A stretch of 64,000 bases of DNA from Eledone cirrhosa (Eukaryota), in assembly GCA_964016885.1 (NCBI GenBank), contig OZ024744.1, positions 131,874,001-131,938,000 of the forward strand, written 5' to 3'. The notes beneath the pieces were generated by a model that was not told the DNA's origin, searched no databases, and saw nothing but the letters and a program-made list of their open reading frames with translations. Both the position numbers and the translations under genes were made by a program. Position 1 is the stretch's first letter. The number at the start of each line of letters is the position of its first letter. This document shows positions 61,501 to 64,000 of this stretch, in pieces.

Positions 61501-64000
61501 TAAGTTAGGTTGGGGTCAAGTTAAGTTGGGGTTAAGTTAAGTTGGGGTTAAGTTAAGTTGGGGTTAATTTAGTTGGGGTTAAGTTAAGTTGGGGCTAAGT
61601 TAAGTTGGGGCTAAGTTAAGTTGGGGGTAAGTTAAGTTGGGGTTAAGTTAAGTTGGGGTTAAGTTAAGTTGGGGTTAAGTTAAGTTGGGGTTAAGTTAAG
61701 TTGGTGTTAAGTTAAGTTGGGGCTAAGTTAAGTTGAGGCTAAGTTAAGTTGGGGTTCAGTTAAGTTGGGGTTAAGTTAAGTGGTGGTTATGTTAAGCTGG
61801 GGTTAAGTTAAGTTGGGGTTAATTTAAATTGGGGTTAAGTTAACTTTGTGGTTAAGTTAAGTGGGGGTTAAGTTAAGTTGGGGTTAAGTTAAGTTGGGGT
61901 TGAGTTAAGTCGGGGTTAAGTTAAGTTGGCGTTGAGTTAAGTTGGGGTTAATTTACGTTGGGGCTAAGTTAATTTGTGGTTAAGTTAAGTTGGGGTTAAG
62001 TTGGGGTTGAGTTAAGTTGGGGTTGAGTTAATTTAGGGTTAAGTTAAGTTGGGGTTAAGTTAAGTTGGGTTTAAGTTAAGTTGGGGTTAAATTAAGTTGG
62101 GGTTAAATTAAGTTGGGGTTAAGTTAGGTTGGGGGTAAGTTAAGTTGGGGGCAAGTTAAGTTGGGGTTAAGTTAAGTTGGGGTCAAATTAAGTTGGGGTT
62201 AAGTTAAGTTGGTGTTAAGTTAAGTTGGGGTTTATTTAAGTTGGGGTTAATTAAGTTGGGGTTAAGTTAAGTTGGGGTTAAGTTAAGTTGGGGTTAATTT
62301 AAGTTGGGGTTGAGTTAAGTTGGGGTTAAGTTAAGTTGTGTTTATATTAAGTTGGGGTTAAGTTAAGTTGGGGTTAAGTTAAGTTGGGGTTCAGTTAAGT
62401 TGCGGTTAAGTTAAGTTGGGGTTAAGTTAAGTTGGGGTTAAGTTAAGTTGGGGTTAATTTAAGTTGGGGTTAAGTTAAGTTGGTGTTAAGTTAAGTTGGG
62501 GCTAAGTTAAGTTGGGGCTGAGTTAAGTTGGGGCTGAGTTAAGTTGGGGTTAAGTTAAGTTGGGGTTGAGTTAAGTTGGGGTTAAGTTAAGTTGGGGTTA
62601 AGTTAAGTTGGGGTTTAGTTAAGTTGGCGTTCAGTTAAGTTGGGGTTAAGTTAAGTTTGGGTTAAATTAATTTGGGGTTAAGTTAAGTTGGGGTTTAGTT
62701 TAGTTGGGGTTAAGTTAAGTTAGGGTTAATTTAAGTTGGGGTTAAGTTAAGTTGCGGGTAATTTAAGTTGGGGTTAAGTTAAGTTGGGGTTAAGTTAAGT
62801 TGGGGTTAAGTTAAGTTGGGGTTAAGTTAAGTTGGGGTTAAGTTAAGCTGGGGGTAAGTTAAGTTGGGGGTAAGTTAAGTTGGGGGTAAGTTAAGTTGGG
62901 GTTAAGTTAAGATAGGGTTAAGTTAAGTTGGGGTTGAGTTAAGTTGGGGTTAAGTTAAGTTGGGGTTACGTTAAGTTGGGGTTAAGTTAAGTTGCGGTTA
63001 AGTTAAGTTGGGGTTAAGTTAAGTTGGGGTTAAGTTAAATGGGGGTTCAGTTAAGTTGGGGTTAAGTTAAGTTGGGGTTAAGTTAAGTTGGGGTTAAGTT
63101 AAGTTGGAGTTAAGTTAAGTTGGGGTTAAGTTGGGGTTAAGTTAAGTTAGGGTTAAGTTAAGTTGGGGTTGAGTTAAGTTGGGGCTAAGTTAAGTTGGGG
63201 TTAAGTTAAGTTGGGGTTCAGTTAATTTGGGGTTAAGTTAAGTTGGGGTTAAGATGGGGTTAAATTATGTTGGGGTTAAGTTAAGTTGGGGTTAAGTTAA
63301 GTTGGGGTTCAGTTAAGTTGGGGTTAAGTTAAGTTGGGGTTAAGATGGGGTTAAATTAAGTTGGGGTTAAGTTAAGTTGGGGTTAAGTTAAGTCGGGGTT
63401 AAGTTAAGTCGGGGTTAAGTTAAGTTAGGGTTAATTTAAGTTGGAGTTGAGTTATGTTGGGGTTAAGTTAAGTTGGGGTTAAGTTAAGTTGCAGTTAATT
63501 TAAGTTGAGGTTAAGTTAAGTTGGGGTTAAGTTAAGTTGGGGTTAAGTTAAGTTGGGGCTAAGTTAAGTTGGGGCTAAGTTAAGTTGGGGTTCAGTTAAG
63601 TTGGGGTTAAGTTAAGTTTGGGTTAAGTTGGGGTTAAATTAAGTTGGGGTTAAGTTAAGTTGGGGTTTAGTTAAGTTGGGGTTAAGTTAAGTTGGGGTTA
63701 ATTTAAGTTGGGGTTAAGTTAAGTTGGGGTTAAGTTAAGTGTTGGTTATGTTAAGCTGGGGTTAAGTTAAGTTGGGGTTAATTTAAATTGGGGTTAAGTT
63801 AACTTTGTGGTTAAGTTAAGTGGGGGTTAAGTTAAGTTGGGGTTAAGTTAAGTTGGGGTTGAGTTAAGTCGGGGTTAAGTTAAGTTGGCGTTGAGTTAAG
63901 TTGGGGTTAATTTAAGTTGGGGCTAAGTTAATTTGTGGTTAAGTTAAGTTGGGGTTAAGTTGGGGTTGAGTTAAGTTGGGGTTGAGTTAATTTAGGGTTA
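55549..64000 (+). repeat. Tandem satellite array, same 16-bp monomer, G-rich strand on +; runs off the right edge
   Basis: Same consensus and the same families of variant monomers as the left part of the window. Confidence 0.99.
59200..64000 (+). repeat. Interleaved duplications at the right end (offsets 2012/2001 and 3971)
   Basis: taagctgggg (preceded by tatgt) at 59781, 61793 and 63752; aaattatgtt at 59291 and 63262; ggggttacgt at 60961 and 62962. Confidence 0.85.

Noticed and set aside
1101-63800. Scattered canonical TTAGGG/TTAGG/TTTAGGG telomeric words and promoter-like AT motifs (tttatatt)
   Set aside because: They are isolated one- to three-base variants of the monomer, never tandem, and have no downstream gene.
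1-64000. Protein-coding ORFs or a repetitive protein gene
   Set aside because: Palindromic TTAA gives TAA on both strands twice per monomer, and the 16-bp period cycles these through all frames, so no frame stays open for more than a few codons.
1-64000. CRISPR array or other repeat-spacer system
   Set aside because: Monomers are directly adjacent with no unique spacers, no leader and no cas genes.
1-64000. Freshly telomerase-synthesised telomere tract
   Set aside because: Point variants are inherited in multi-kb blocks and the array contains an internal inversion. Both indicate DNA-templated copying, not re-templating from an RNA. A telomeric ancestry remains possible.
1-64000. Variant monomers as an encoded message or a diversity-generating cassette system
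   Set aside because: The variant patterns are adequately explained by point mutation plus nested duplication. No recombinase, reverse transcriptase or expression site is visible in the window.

Overview
The whole 64 kb window is one non-coding tandem-repeat array built from a 16-bp monomer, consensus TTAAGTTAAGTTGGGG (two TTAAG pentamers plus a TTGGGG hexamer). It is G/T-rich and nearly C-free on the + strand. I found no genes, RNA genes, transposons or CRISPR arrays; TAA stops fall in all six frames. Tracking rare monomer variants by eye shows nested higher-order repeats (HORs): 4210 bp (about 2.8 copies), 5135 bp (2 copies), a 12.8-kb block duplicated at offset 17,922/12,787, 2423 bp (about 3 copies), a looser 2875-bp pair, and 2012/3971-bp duplications at the right end. 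Shared variants let some of these events be ordered in time. The only strand switch is a ~425-bp inverted segment (about 55124-55548) with palindromic junctions, lying in the most diverged part of the array. The array looks like a telomere-like satellite maintained by recombination. The organism and chromosomal position cannot be determined from this window. All offsets were read by eye and should be confirmed by self-alignment.
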